From NCBI GenBank assembly GCA_947053455.1, contig CAMRSV010000001.1:1-64000 (forward strand): a DNA stretch of 64,000 nt, written 5' to 3'. Below are positions 10,750-19,226 of this stretch, piece by piece. The notes under the pieces were generated by a model, which worked only from the letters and a program-made list of their open reading frames with translations, was not told the DNA's origin and did not search any database. Origin of the DNA: an uncultured Alphaproteobacteria bacterium (GTDB lineage: Bacteria > Pseudomonadota > Alphaproteobacteria > Rs-D84). The position numbers were made by a program, and so were the translations under genes. Within the stretch, counting starts at the first letter, position 1, and each line of letters begins with the position of its first letter.

Positions 10750-10830
10750 TTTATTCTTCCATTTTTGCTTGATTTTATGTTTGTTTTCTATAAAATATCA
10801 AAAACATGACTAAAATAAAAGGAAAATAAA

Positions 10831-11091
10831 GTGGCAAATCACAAGTCATCTGAAAAAAGAATTTTGGTAACGGCCAAGAAAAATGCAATCAACACATCTC
10901 GTCGCAGTGCAGTAAAAACCGCCGCTAAAAAAGTATTGGTTGCTGTTGAATCCGGCGACAAGGCCGCCGCAACTGCCGCTGCCCGCAACGCGGAAAGCAA
11001 AATTATGAAATCCGCCGGTAAAATAATGCCGAAAAAACGCGCGGCGCGCAAAATTTCTAGACTGACCAAAAAAGTTGCCCAAATGGCATAA
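10831..11091 (+). CDS. rpsT: 30S ribosomal protein S20
   Basis: MANHKSSEKR...N.SRRS.VKT...AARKISRL. Confidence 0.97.
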   Translation: MANHKSSEKRILVTAKKNAINTSRRSAVKTAAKKVLVAVESGDKAAATAAARNAESKIMKSAGKIMPKKRAARKISRLTKKVAQMA

Positions 11092-11109
11092 TTTCAGATA
11101 GAAAAAATT

Positions 11110-11135
11110 AAAACACCCCATGCGGGGTGTTTTTT
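11110..11135. terminator. Intrinsic terminator after rpsT
   Basis: AAAACACCCC-atgc-GGGGTGTTTTTT. Confidence 0.85.
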
Positions 11136-11159
11136 ATTTTAGTCGGCAACAAAAACCAT

Positions 11160-12746
11160 TTATTCAACGACATGATATACAGAACCACTGATATTTATAT
11201 TCACCGTGCCGGTCGCACTGCCCGCCGTCAGGTTGCCATAACACACCTGATTATTATATCCGACATGCAATGATGGTGTCGTGCGCGACTTCTTGTACAA
11301 TGGTATTGATATCCCATTGCCAATATGCAAGGTTGTAATCCCGGCTTCACACAACTGTATCTTCTCACACGATGCGCTACCATTCATTTCATAGCCGTCG
11401 GCGCACACCCATGGACATTCAGCAGATGACGCCCCCGTTCCCACATAATGCGAGTTATCGGGCGCGTTTGTGCATGCGGTGCATGATGTGCTGGCGCTTT
11501 TGTCATTATATGTACCGGTTTCACACAATGTGCAAGATGTGGCAAAATGGTATGAATCGTCATTACTGCCAATGCCAAGATTCGCATACGCCTTGGTATA
11601 CGACCCGGCGGCGCACGGCGCGCATGAATTAGAGAAACCCGGTCCCAACGGAATTGTGCTGGTGTAATATCCGGCATTACATTCACGAAAATATCTGTCA
11701 TTTTCGCAATTGTTATAAATGTCTGTTTCCGGAGAATAATAACATTTTCCGGCCCAGCGATACAACCCACGATATTTGAATTCATAAATCCATGCCTCCC
11801 CCAAGTCCCTATCCAAATTGCATTGGGTTATGGATGTGCTGCCAAGTGGGCTGTTTAGTGCACGCGCCCAGTTATAAGTATAATATTTATCGCTGTTCGG
11901 GGTGGGACAAGAATAACGCTGGCCATCACCCGGGCAGTAATATGTAGATTCACATTGAACGCATTTGCCACCGGATAAATAATACCCTGCATCACATTCC
12001 CACGGACAATCGGCCGTAGCCGTAGCGACCCCAACATAATGCGAATTATCGGGACCGTTCGTACACGCGGTGCATGCTGACGAATAATGATATGATGCAT
12101 CTGGCCCACCGGTATTTTGCACCGTGTTTACAGCCACAGTATACGAACCCGGCTGACATGCCTGGCAAGAACTAATAAATCCATCTCCTTCGGGCGTACT
12201 GCTTATATAATATCCGGCATTACACTCCCAGAAAGATTTATTATCATCACAATTGTTATATACATTCGCCTCTGGCGACCAATAACATTTACCACTCCAG
12301 TGATAAAAACCATGATACTTAAATTCATATATCCACGTATCACTCGCTTTGGTATCCAAATTACACTGGGTAATAGAAGTGCTTCCCGCTGGGCTGTTTA
12401 AAGCCTTTGAACCCCAATAAGCAAAAAATACATTATTTTGGGGTATCGGACACGAGTATCGCAACCCATCCCCAGGGCAATAATATTTAGATTCACACTG
12501 GGCGCATGCACCACTATCTGATTTATAATATCCAGGATTACAGTTACACACAGGTTGCGCCGTGCCACCCGCACATGTGCATCCGGACGGGCACGTGGCA
12601 CATGAATTACCCGCCGCCGTACCGTTTAGATAATATCCGCTATTACATGATGTATACTTCTTATATGCGGGGCATGTATAACCTGCGCCATATGCAATCG
12701 GAAATACACATAGCAGTACTAATATAGAGAAAAGAAAACGGTCGTT
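11160..12746 (-). CDS. Large Cys-rich secreted/surface protein (CxxGYY/CxxC repeats, tandem duplication, conserved C-terminal domain); 5' start defective or non-canonical
   Basis: Frame stays open upstream of the listed GTG (12551) to 12746 and encodes NDRFLFSILVLLCVFPIAYG-AGYTCPAYKKYTSCNSGYY...; in-frame TAA at 12747-12749 and no ATG/GTG/TTG before the signal peptide. Confidence 0.8.
   Translation of the reverse strand, partial: NDRFLFSILVLLCVFPIAYGAGYTCPAYKKYTSCNSGYYLNGTAAGNSCATCPSGCTCAGGTAQPVCNCNPGYYKSDSGACAQCESKYYCPGDGLRYSCPIPQNNVFFAYWGSKALNSPAGSTSITQCNLDTKASDTWIYEFKYHGFYHWSGKCYWSPEANVYNNCDDNKSFWECNAGYYISSTPEGDGFISSCQACQPGSYTVAVNTVQNTGGPDASYHYSSACTACTNGPDNSHYVGVATATADCPWECDAGYYLSGGKCVQCESTYYCPGDGQRYSCPTPNSDKYYTYNWARALNSPLGSTSITQCNLDRDLGEAWIYEFKYRGLYRWAGKCYYSPETDIYNNCENDRYFRECNAGYYTSTIPLGPGFSNSCAPCAAGSYTKAYANLGIGSNDDSYHFATSCTLCETGTYNDKSASTSCTACTNAPDNSHYVGTGASSAECPWVCADGYEMNGSASCEKIQLCEAGITTLHIGNGISIPLYKKSRTTPSLHVGYNNQVCYGNLTAGSATGTVNINISGSVYHVVE
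11400..12548 (-). repeat. Two diverged ~185-200 aa tandem units inside the Cys-rich protein (boundaries approximate)
   Basis: QCESxYYCPGDGxRYSCP...ALNSPxGSTSITQCNLD...WIYEFKYxG...ECNAGYY...CTACTNxPDNSHYVG...CPWxC occurs twice. Confidence 0.9.
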
Positions 12747-12905
12747 TTACTTGTGCAATAATTGGGGGGACGCATGCGGCACAAACCGGGGATTTTTTCT
12801 GATATGAAAATGCTGAATTTAATCCACCGTTTATTTTGGGCATTTGCTTAATGCCCCGCTGCCGGCAATTATATGAATTTATCCAAATTTTAGCAAGAAT
12901 ATTAT

Positions 12906-12941
12906 AACAAAATACCGCCGCAAATGCAGCGGTATTTTGTT
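12906..12941 (-). terminator. Intrinsic terminator after the secretin gene
   Basis: AACAAAATACCGC...GCGGTATTTTGTT inverted repeat. Confidence 0.8.
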
Positions 12942-12952
12942 TATCTATTTAT

Positions 12953-14584
12953 TTAATTCAGCGGCGCCCCCCAGTGCTGTTGAATACTACGTTCCGCATC
13001 CATCGGGCTGACCAATACCTGCGGCGTCAGAATAACAACCAAAACGTCACGTTGTGCCGCTGTTTCACGCGAACCGGACAATGCCATAAAGTCCGGATCA
13101 CCCAATCCATAACGCGTGTCACTGTTCGTCTGTTTCTCAAATCCAGATACCACCAACATTTGACCGGATTCCATTATAACTTCTTGCATGAAACTGCGTT
13201 CTTCCACCTCCGGCAATTGCAGGGTTACCTCCCCTATTGTCTGGGTCGACATTTTCAGCAGTTCACGTACAGACATTCTAAACAGCAATAAAATTCGCCC
13301 GTTATCCAAAACATTCGGCAATAACTGCATTGAAAATCCGGTTTCCAAATCGTCCTGATCTACGGTGCTGGATTCAACCGTTGTAAAGTTGCGTGATTCA
13401 AACCGCTTTATATACCCGGTGGTGCGTGTATTATTTACCGGCGCCACGCGATTGTTACGTGTTGTGACACCAACATTTGTCACCAGTGAAACCTTGCCCT
13501 GCTTTGCCAGCGCTTCAATAAGCGCACTGCTGCCGGCAACACCTGAAAGCGAACCATTTTTTATTTTATCCGCAGTATATGCACCTTCGACAACTTTGCC
13601 CGCTTCATCCAAATGTGTCGCCCCCGTCAAGGCAGATACGGTATTAGACAAAACAGCAATATTCATCGAACTGGCCTCGTTCGTGGAAAGATTGTTTTTC
13701 GGATTTGCAACGATATTCAATCCAGACGCCGAATTAATCGCCGCCGCCAAATTCAAGCCAAAGGCAGAATCATTTGAAATGGATACCTGCAAAACTTTTA
13801 CATCAATTGTAACCAACTGCGACAAACGCTTGTTTTGTTTCGCAATATATTCATCTATCCTGTTCAAAACAGACGGCGGCGCCGTGACGGTTATTGTTCC
13901 CAAACTGCGTGACACGGTAAAATCTGCGTTTTGCGCATTACCAATAATCGCCCCTATGGCACTTTCAACTTCGTCCCATTCCTTTAATGTTGATTCCAAC
14001 GACACCTGGTTTCCATCATCTGTTTGAACGGCGGTCTGATATGAAACGTCCGTCCCCAGTGCATACAACGTGAACGTCTTGGTTTCCGTTTCATAAAATA
14101 CAATTGAATTCTTGTTATAATACCACAACAAATCCAAATCGGTCGCAACCTGTGACAACAGACCGGATAATTTTCCGGTATATGCAATGTTCACCGTCTT
14201 TTTTAATTTTTCGGCATTGACCTGGCTGTCGATTTTGACCGGAATTCCGGTTATGGTGTTTATGTCATTTGCCAATACCTGTAACGAGACCGGTTCATCC
14301 AATAATATAGTTATTCCCGTGTCCGTTTCAAACTGTGCCGGCAGATTATTGCGATGCTCTAAAACTGTCGACTTGTTCCCCAGCCAAACCCCCTCTGACA
14401 TTGAAACGGTGTCGCCGCTGGACACTTTGGCGCGCGGATTCTTTGCCATTTCAAACGCGTCGTAAGCATTGATAAAGTCTTGATCGACAGATGCCGCGAC
14501 CTTGGCCGATTCACGTGTGGTGCACCCCGACACAATCGCACATACGGCGGCGCATGCTATTAAAACTTTTATTGGATTTGTCAT
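12953..14584 (-). CDS. Type IVb pilus-type lipoprotein secretin (R64 PilN / BfpB / TcpC-like)
   Basis: Lipobox VSGC; YTGKLSGLLSQVA..L.W.Y, ETKTF, GTITVTAPPSVL..I..YI..QN, QVxIDVKVL, ETGFSMQLLP, SGQMLVVSGFE, LVVILTP. Confidence 0.88.
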   Translation of the reverse strand: MTNPIKVLIACAAVCAIVSGCTTRESAKVAASVDQDFINAYDAFEMAKNPRAKVSSGDTVSMSEGVWLGNKSTVLEHRNNLPAQFETDTGITILLDEPVSLQVLANDINTITGIPVKIDSQVNAEKLKKTVNIAYTGKLSGLLSQVATDLDLLWYYNKNSIVFYETETKTFTLYALGTDVSYQTAVQTDDGNQVSLESTLKEWDEVESAIGAIIGNAQNADFTVSRSLGTITVTAPPSVLNRIDEYIAKQNKRLSQLVTIDVKVLQVSISNDSAFGLNLAAAINSASGLNIVANPKNNLSTNEASSMNIAVLSNTVSALTGATHLDEAGKVVEGAYTADKIKNGSLSGVAGSSALIEALAKQGKVSLVTNVGVTTRNNRVAPVNNTRTTGYIKRFESRNFTTVESSTVDQDDLETGFSMQLLPNVLDNGRILLLFRMSVRELLKMSTQTIGEVTLQLPEVEERSFMQEVIMESGQMLVVSGFEKQTNSDTRYGLGDPDFMALSGSRETAAQRDVLVVILTPQVLVSPMDAERSIQQHWGAPLN

Positions 14585-14616
14585 CTATATTCTCCTACGG
14601 CGACCTAGTTCAAAGA

Positions 14617-15531
14617 TTATTCTTCTGTTGTGGATATAACCAAAACACGGTTTCCCTTGTAAAATTTGGCGTATGGCACAGGCGTCGCACGTCCAAAATT
14701 ACGCACCAATGCCGATGCGACATCAACAAATCGTCCTTTGAACACGGCGCTTGCCTCTATAGGGTATTCACGCGATGTTGCCCAAACCAAATCCCATCCT
14801 TCTTTGTTGCACCAGTTTTGTAAAACTTCGCGCAAAGTCTGTCCGTTTGCAACAACCCATGAACGAACCTGATCGGTCAAATCAATCGCCGGTTCAGCAT
14901 CAGCGGATAAGTCAACCGCAATTTCCGCTTCGGAATCAACGGTGGCTTTTGTTTCGGTCAACCCCATTTTAGCCAGATGCGCGGTGTAACCATCCGAATA
15001 TTTTGCACAATTTTTTCGTCCGCTGCGAGAAAGAGTCAAAACGTCGCCACCATCATCTTCTAATACTTCGCGGTGCAGCAACGGCATTTCAGAGCCATTA
15101 TTGCATTCGTTATCAAAACCGACCGGAATTTGCGTACCATGCAGCAAATTCGCACCACCAGACCATCCACCGAAATCAGAACCGGAATTTTTCAGATTAA
15201 AATTATTTTCAACCACCAGGTCGGCACCTATTTTGGATACGATGCGTATATTGTCGCTTTGCTTGTTCTTTGCGCAAAGACCGTCACCACAGGAAACCTC
15301 AACATCGGCATCAGAACCCGCAATCGGCCATGCCGGAATTTGCGCCATAGTCGGCTGCGTCGTTACGGTTTGTGTCTGAACCGTGTCATATTGCACATAC
15401 TCATCGCCACCACCGGTGCGTTCTTCGGTATAAAACACCTGGGATGTAACAACCTGCGGCAATGTTTCGGCGGCATAACAATAGCCAACCGCTGCAAAAA
15501 ACATTGCAAATATCAAAATCTTGCGGAACAT
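14617..15531 (-). CDS. Secreted protein with C-terminal TcpQ (toxin co-regulated pilus Q / PilL-like) domain
   Basis: Signal peptide; C-terminal WVVANGQTLREVLQNWCNKEGWDLVW...YPIEASAVFKGRF...FYKGNRVLVI; directly upstream of the secretin. Confidence 0.8.
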   Translation of the reverse strand: MFRKILIFAMFFAAVGYCYAAETLPQVVTSQVFYTEERTGGGDEYVQYDTVQTQTVTTQPTMAQIPAWPIAGSDADVEVSCGDGLCAKNKQSDNIRIVSKIGADLVVENNFNLKNSGSDFGGWSGGANLLHGTQIPVGFDNECNNGSEMPLLHREVLEDDGGDVLTLSRSGRKNCAKYSDGYTAHLAKMGLTETKATVDSEAEIAVDLSADAEPAIDLTDQVRSWVVANGQTLREVLQNWCNKEGWDLVWATSREYPIEASAVFKGRFVDVASALVRNFGRATPVPYAKFYKGNRVLVISTTEE

Positions 15532-15718
15532 AAAGACTTCCTTTCCTAATATTTCCTTTAATCAATGATATTTATTATAACAACTTGACCGAATCTGTGC
15601 AAGCGGTAAAACACACATAAAACAACCTAAATTTAAGCAAAAGAAAAGATAAAATCGCACGAATCGCCAAAAGATGTTATACTGCATACCGAAAAACACG
15701 TAACCCCAGGGCCACCAA

Positions 15719-16258
15719 ATGCAAAACCTGTTGATTTTAGGTATAATTTCTGTAACCGCACTGATTTGTATCGCCAATGCGATATACATGTATCGAATTG
15801 GCGCACAAATACGGGACATGCACAAAACATTGGCACACCAATACAACCTTATGGTGAAAATTCAGACTGTCCTAAAAAACAAGACCGCAACAAACGCTGT
15901 TGCAGAAAATGCCGAAATGATATATCAGGATTTACTGCAAAATCTTATCCCGGTTATGGCGGCGATTGACATAATGCCACGTGCAACGGCCGAACACCCC
16001 CTGTGGCGGGCATTGGGTGGAATAATGGACGAATATGCCAAAAATCCGTTTGCACTTGAAAAATTACGCCGTGCGATAAAACTGGATCCGGACGTCGCCC
16101 GAAATATAGATAATTATATGAACCGCGCAGACAGGCTGCTTACCCACCTGACAACAACAGAGCCAAATGGAATTTTAGCAGCAACATTTACCGACGGCCT
16201 GTTGGGGCAATCACTTACTTTCTTTGCACAGGCAAAACAACTGGCCGCCGGGGAATGA
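15719..16258 (+). CDS. Membrane-anchored helical hypothetical protein
   Basis: N-terminal hydrophobic helix; 8 nt upstream of sufB. Confidence 0.75.
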   Translation: MQNLLILGIISVTALICIANAIYMYRIGAQIRDMHKTLAHQYNLMVKIQTVLKNKTATNAVAENAEMIYQDLLQNLIPVMAAIDIMPRATAEHPLWRALGGIMDEYAKNPFALEKLRRAIKLDPDVARNIDNYMNRADRLLTHLTTTEPNGILAATFTDGLLGQSLTFFAQAKQLAAGE

Positions 16259-16266
16259 TGTAGCAT

Positions 16267-17595
16267 ATGACCAAACTGTCCGAAAATCTTGTACGTGAAA
16301 TATCGCACCACCGAGGAGAGCCGGAATGGATGACCCAATGGCGATTGGCGGCATTTGAACAGTGGAAAAAAATGACGGAACCACATTGGGCGGAATTTGA
16401 ATATGACCCAATTGATTATGATGCATTGAACTATTATAACGAACCCGCACAAATCGATAATTCCGATTTGAAAAAAACATACGAAAAAATGGGTTTGCCC
16501 GAAAGCGAGCAGCGTGCCCTGCTCGGCATGGCAACAGACACGGTTATCGACAGCACATCCGTTCACACATCATATACAGAACAATTAAATAAACTGGGTA
16601 TAATATTTTTGCCAATGTCGGATGCCGTGCGCAAATATCCGGATTTGGTGAAAAAGTACTTGGGGTCTGTTGTTGGGTCGGGCGACAATTTTTTTGCCGC
16701 GTTAAATGCCGCGGTGTTTTCGGACGGAACATTCGTATATGTCCCGAAAAATACGAAATGCCCCATTGACCTGGCCAGTTATTTTAGAATCGAAACCGCA
16801 AAAATCGGCCAATTTGAACGCACACTGATTATTGCAGACAGCGGGTCTGAACTCTCTTATATGGAGGGATGCAGCGCACCACGCCGTCCAAACCACCAAT
16901 TGCACAGCGGGGTTGTTGAAATAGTTGTTTGCGAAAATGCGCATGTAAAATACGCAACCGTTCAAAACTGGTATGCAGGACAATGGCGCGGCGAAAAAAA
17001 TGTTGGTGGGATAATAAATTTTGTCACCAAGCGTGGCCGATGCGACAAAAATGCAACGCTTGACTGGACCCAGGTGGAAATCGGCTCCGCAATGACATGG
17101 AAATATCCATCGACAATTCTGGCGGGTGACGGCGCAAAAAGTGATTTTTATTCCCTGGCCATAACACGCGGCGGTCAAATGGCGGACACCGGAACAAAAA
17201 TGATACATATCGGCAATAACACGACATCCAACATTGTTTCATATGGCGTCGCCGCAGATAATTCAAACCAGACATTCCGCAGCCTGGTGAGTTTTTCCGG
17301 AAAAAATTCAAAAAATGCATCTAAATGTGACACGCGCCTGATTGGGGATGCGGCAATTGCAAACACACTGCCGACAATTGTGCATGGCAATGGTGAAAAT
17401 CAACAAAGCCACGAGGCCGCCACCGGCGCCATCGACCCAGCGCAATTATGGTTTTTGGAACGCGCAGGCATCCACACAGACCAAGCAACAGCCATGATAA
17501 TCGGCGCGACCGCCGCACCGGTTATATCACGACTGCCAATGGAATTTCTGGTTGAATCAAAACAACTAATTCAAATGGCGCTGTCCGGGCAATAA
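16267..17595 (+). CDS. sufB: Fe-S cluster assembly protein SufB
   Basis: EPEWM..WRL.AF, FAALNAAVFSDGTFVYVPK, GQFERTLII, YMEGCSAP, LHSGVVE, TWKYPS, LPMEF. Confidence 0.96.
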   Translation: MTKLSENLVREISHHRGEPEWMTQWRLAAFEQWKKMTEPHWAEFEYDPIDYDALNYYNEPAQIDNSDLKKTYEKMGLPESEQRALLGMATDTVIDSTSVHTSYTEQLNKLGIIFLPMSDAVRKYPDLVKKYLGSVVGSGDNFFAALNAAVFSDGTFVYVPKNTKCPIDLASYFRIETAKIGQFERTLIIADSGSELSYMEGCSAPRRPNHQLHSGVVEIVVCENAHVKYATVQNWYAGQWRGEKNVGGIINFVTKRGRCDKNATLDWTQVEIGSAMTWKYPSTILAGDGAKSDFYSLAITRGGQMADTGTKMIHIGNNTTSNIVSYGVAADNSNQTFRSLVSFSGKNSKNASKCDTRLIGDAAIANTLPTIVHGNGENQQSHEAATGAIDPAQLWFLERAGIHTDQATAMIIGATAAPVISRLPMEFLVESKQLIQMALSGQ

Positions 17596-17598
17596 AAA

Positions 17599-18243
17599 TC
17601 ATTGCTTCCATTTACACCCTTCGCCATGTGTTCCAGTCTGGATGACAAATGTACCACTTTCATCTTTATATACATTTAATTCATCGTAGCATATACCATT
17701 ACTAATCCAACCGCATGATCCTTTCAAATAACAATCCGTTATTTCCATGTTTTCCATATTCGGTGTGTTGCCATATACCCATTTCTGCCCATCATCATCA
17801 ACAAACTCATTATATGTACACGATTCACATTTAACTGCCGGACATTTTGTACACTTACTCTCACTTTTTGAATAATAATGTCCATATTCGCATATAGGTA
17901 TCATTGAAATCACAGTCCAAGTGTCACACTTGCAACCACTAGCACGCTCTGTAATCTGCATATCACCTTCCATTCTGACACGCGTTCCACAAGTTTGATA
18001 ACAAAACCCTGTTGCGGAACAAACAAGACCATTAGAACTCCCCCCAACGGCAACTGTTGAAAAACCTTTACTGCACCCAGCATAACTTGAATTGCAATCG
18101 CCATTTGGTCTGGTTCCGCCACCAAGACACCATAGGCAATTTGAATCTTGATCTGCGCAATAAGTATCTCTGATTCTCCAATCTGCATGCGCGTTGCTTA
18201 AACTGCCAAAAACAACAAAAGAAATCAAAATCTTTTTAAACAT
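17599..18243 (-). CDS. Secreted Cys-rich protein, paralog of 42852-43454
   Basis: GGGAG RBS, signal peptide MFKKILISFVVFGSLSNAHA; C-terminal C.YG.YY...CTKCP...ITDCYL...YKDESGTF...CKW. Confidence 0.85.
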   Translation of the reverse strand: MFKKILISFVVFGSLSNAHADWRIRDTYCADQDSNCLWCLGGGTRPNGDCNSSYAGCSKGFSTVAVGGSSNGLVCSATGFCYQTCGTRVRMEGDMQITERASGCKCDTWTVISMIPICEYGHYYSKSESKCTKCPAVKCESCTYNEFVDDDGQKWVYGNTPNMENMEITDCYLKGSCGWISNGICYDELNVYKDESGTFVIQTGTHGEGCKWKQ

Positions 18244-18261
18244 TTGATCATCTCCCTTAAT

Positions 18262-18458
18262 ATCAAACAAAACCACCAAAACGGTGGCTGGGGGATGAGA
18301 ACAACTTCGAGAAATTGTGGGCTTATTTATATATATCACCGCCCCCCAGCACTCTGGCCGGGGTACTTTTCATCACAATAAAAAAGACACTTTCGCACCT
18401 TTTTAACATGACGCTCGAAAAGGGTTCTCATACCCATCGACATAACACATGTCGACAA
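18262..18458 (-). ncRNA. C4/CI-antisense-RNA-like structured leader, copy 1
   Basis: Minus strand: hairpin; GGG-loop-CCC carrying TGAGAAC then TTCGAG; multi-stem unit closed by GCTGGGGG/CCCCCAGC with CTCGAA in a loop and GTTCTCA in a bulge; terminal GCCACC/GGTGGT hairpin plus T-rich tail. Confidence 0.7.
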
Positions 18459-18463
18459 AAATC

Positions 18464-18509
18464 ATTATACGCAGGCGTTCTTTGCAACGCAAGTTATTTG
18501 TGATATAAT
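18464..18509. promoter_or_regulatory. Overlapping divergent sigma70-type promoters (leader/Cys-rich gene on -, sufC on +)
   Basis: Minus: TTGCGT(18492-18487)-17-TATAAT(18469-18464); plus: TTGCAA(18482-18487)-16-TATAAT(18504-18509). Confidence 0.7.
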
Positions 18510-18532
18510 GTCACAGACATACAGGATTAAAA

Positions 18533-19210
18533 ATGCTCGAAATTAAAAATTTAACGGTATCAATGGGCGGAAAAACGCTGTTGCATGATATAAACATGCA
18601 TGTCGCGCGTGGCGCACGCCATCTACTATCTGGGCACAATGGGTCTGGAAAATCAACATTGGCGGCAACAATCGCGGGAAACCCCGAATTAAAAATCGAC
18701 AATGGCAAAATAATATTTGATGGTCGTGATATAACGAATGAAAACACAACTACGCGCGCGTTGCTGGGGGTATTTCTAGGCGCACAAAATGTTCCGGAAA
18801 TTCCGGGACTTACCGTTTTGTCTTTCCTAAAGCATTCGGCCGCCGCACATCATCATTTTCAAACGGGCCACGATTTGTCCATGGGCGAATTTCTAACCCG
18901 ACTAGAAGAGATTCGCGAACGACTATCCATTCCAAAAGAATGGCTAAACCGTAGCATAAACGTCGGTTTTTCTGGTGGTGAACGCAAACGGCTGATGTTG
19001 TTACAACTGGTTATGACGGAACCAAAATTCGCAATTTTAGATGAACCAGATTCCGGCGCCGACGCCAAGACTCAGGAACTGATTGCGCAGACAATGCGTG
19101 AAATGCCGAACACAACATTTTTATTTATCAGTCATCAGGAAAAATTTACACAAACCGCCATGCCGACCGACACAACCATTATGGCAAATGGGCAAATTTG
19201 CATAAAATAA
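18533..19210 (+). CDS. sufC: Fe-S assembly ABC ATPase SufC
   Basis: GHNGSGKSTL, Q.VPEIPG, RSINVGFSGGERKR, ILDEPDSG. Confidence 0.92.
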   Translation: MLEIKNLTVSMGGKTLLHDINMHVARGARHLLSGHNGSGKSTLAATIAGNPELKIDNGKIIFDGRDITNENTTTRALLGVFLGAQNVPEIPGLTVLSFLKHSAAAHHHFQTGHDLSMGEFLTRLEEIRERLSIPKEWLNRSINVGFSGGERKRLMLLQLVMTEPKFAILDEPDSGADAKTQELIAQTMREMPNTTFLFISHQEKFTQTAMPTDTTIMANGQICIK

Positions 19211-19226
19211 ACCAAAGGGAAACAGC

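Noticed and set aside
11400-12548. Diversity-generating retroelement TR/VR pair in the duplicated units
   Set aside because: Both units are in-frame coding, differences include synonymous non-adenine changes and indels, and no reverse transcriptase is in the window
12765-12770. C6 homopolymer as the phase-variation switch of the 11160 gene
   Set aside because: A shift there into the coding frame still meets TAA at 12747-12749
18244-18339. 32-aa N-terminal extension of the Cys-rich ORF
   Set aside because: It runs through the RNA leader; the RBS and signal peptide indicate a start at 18243
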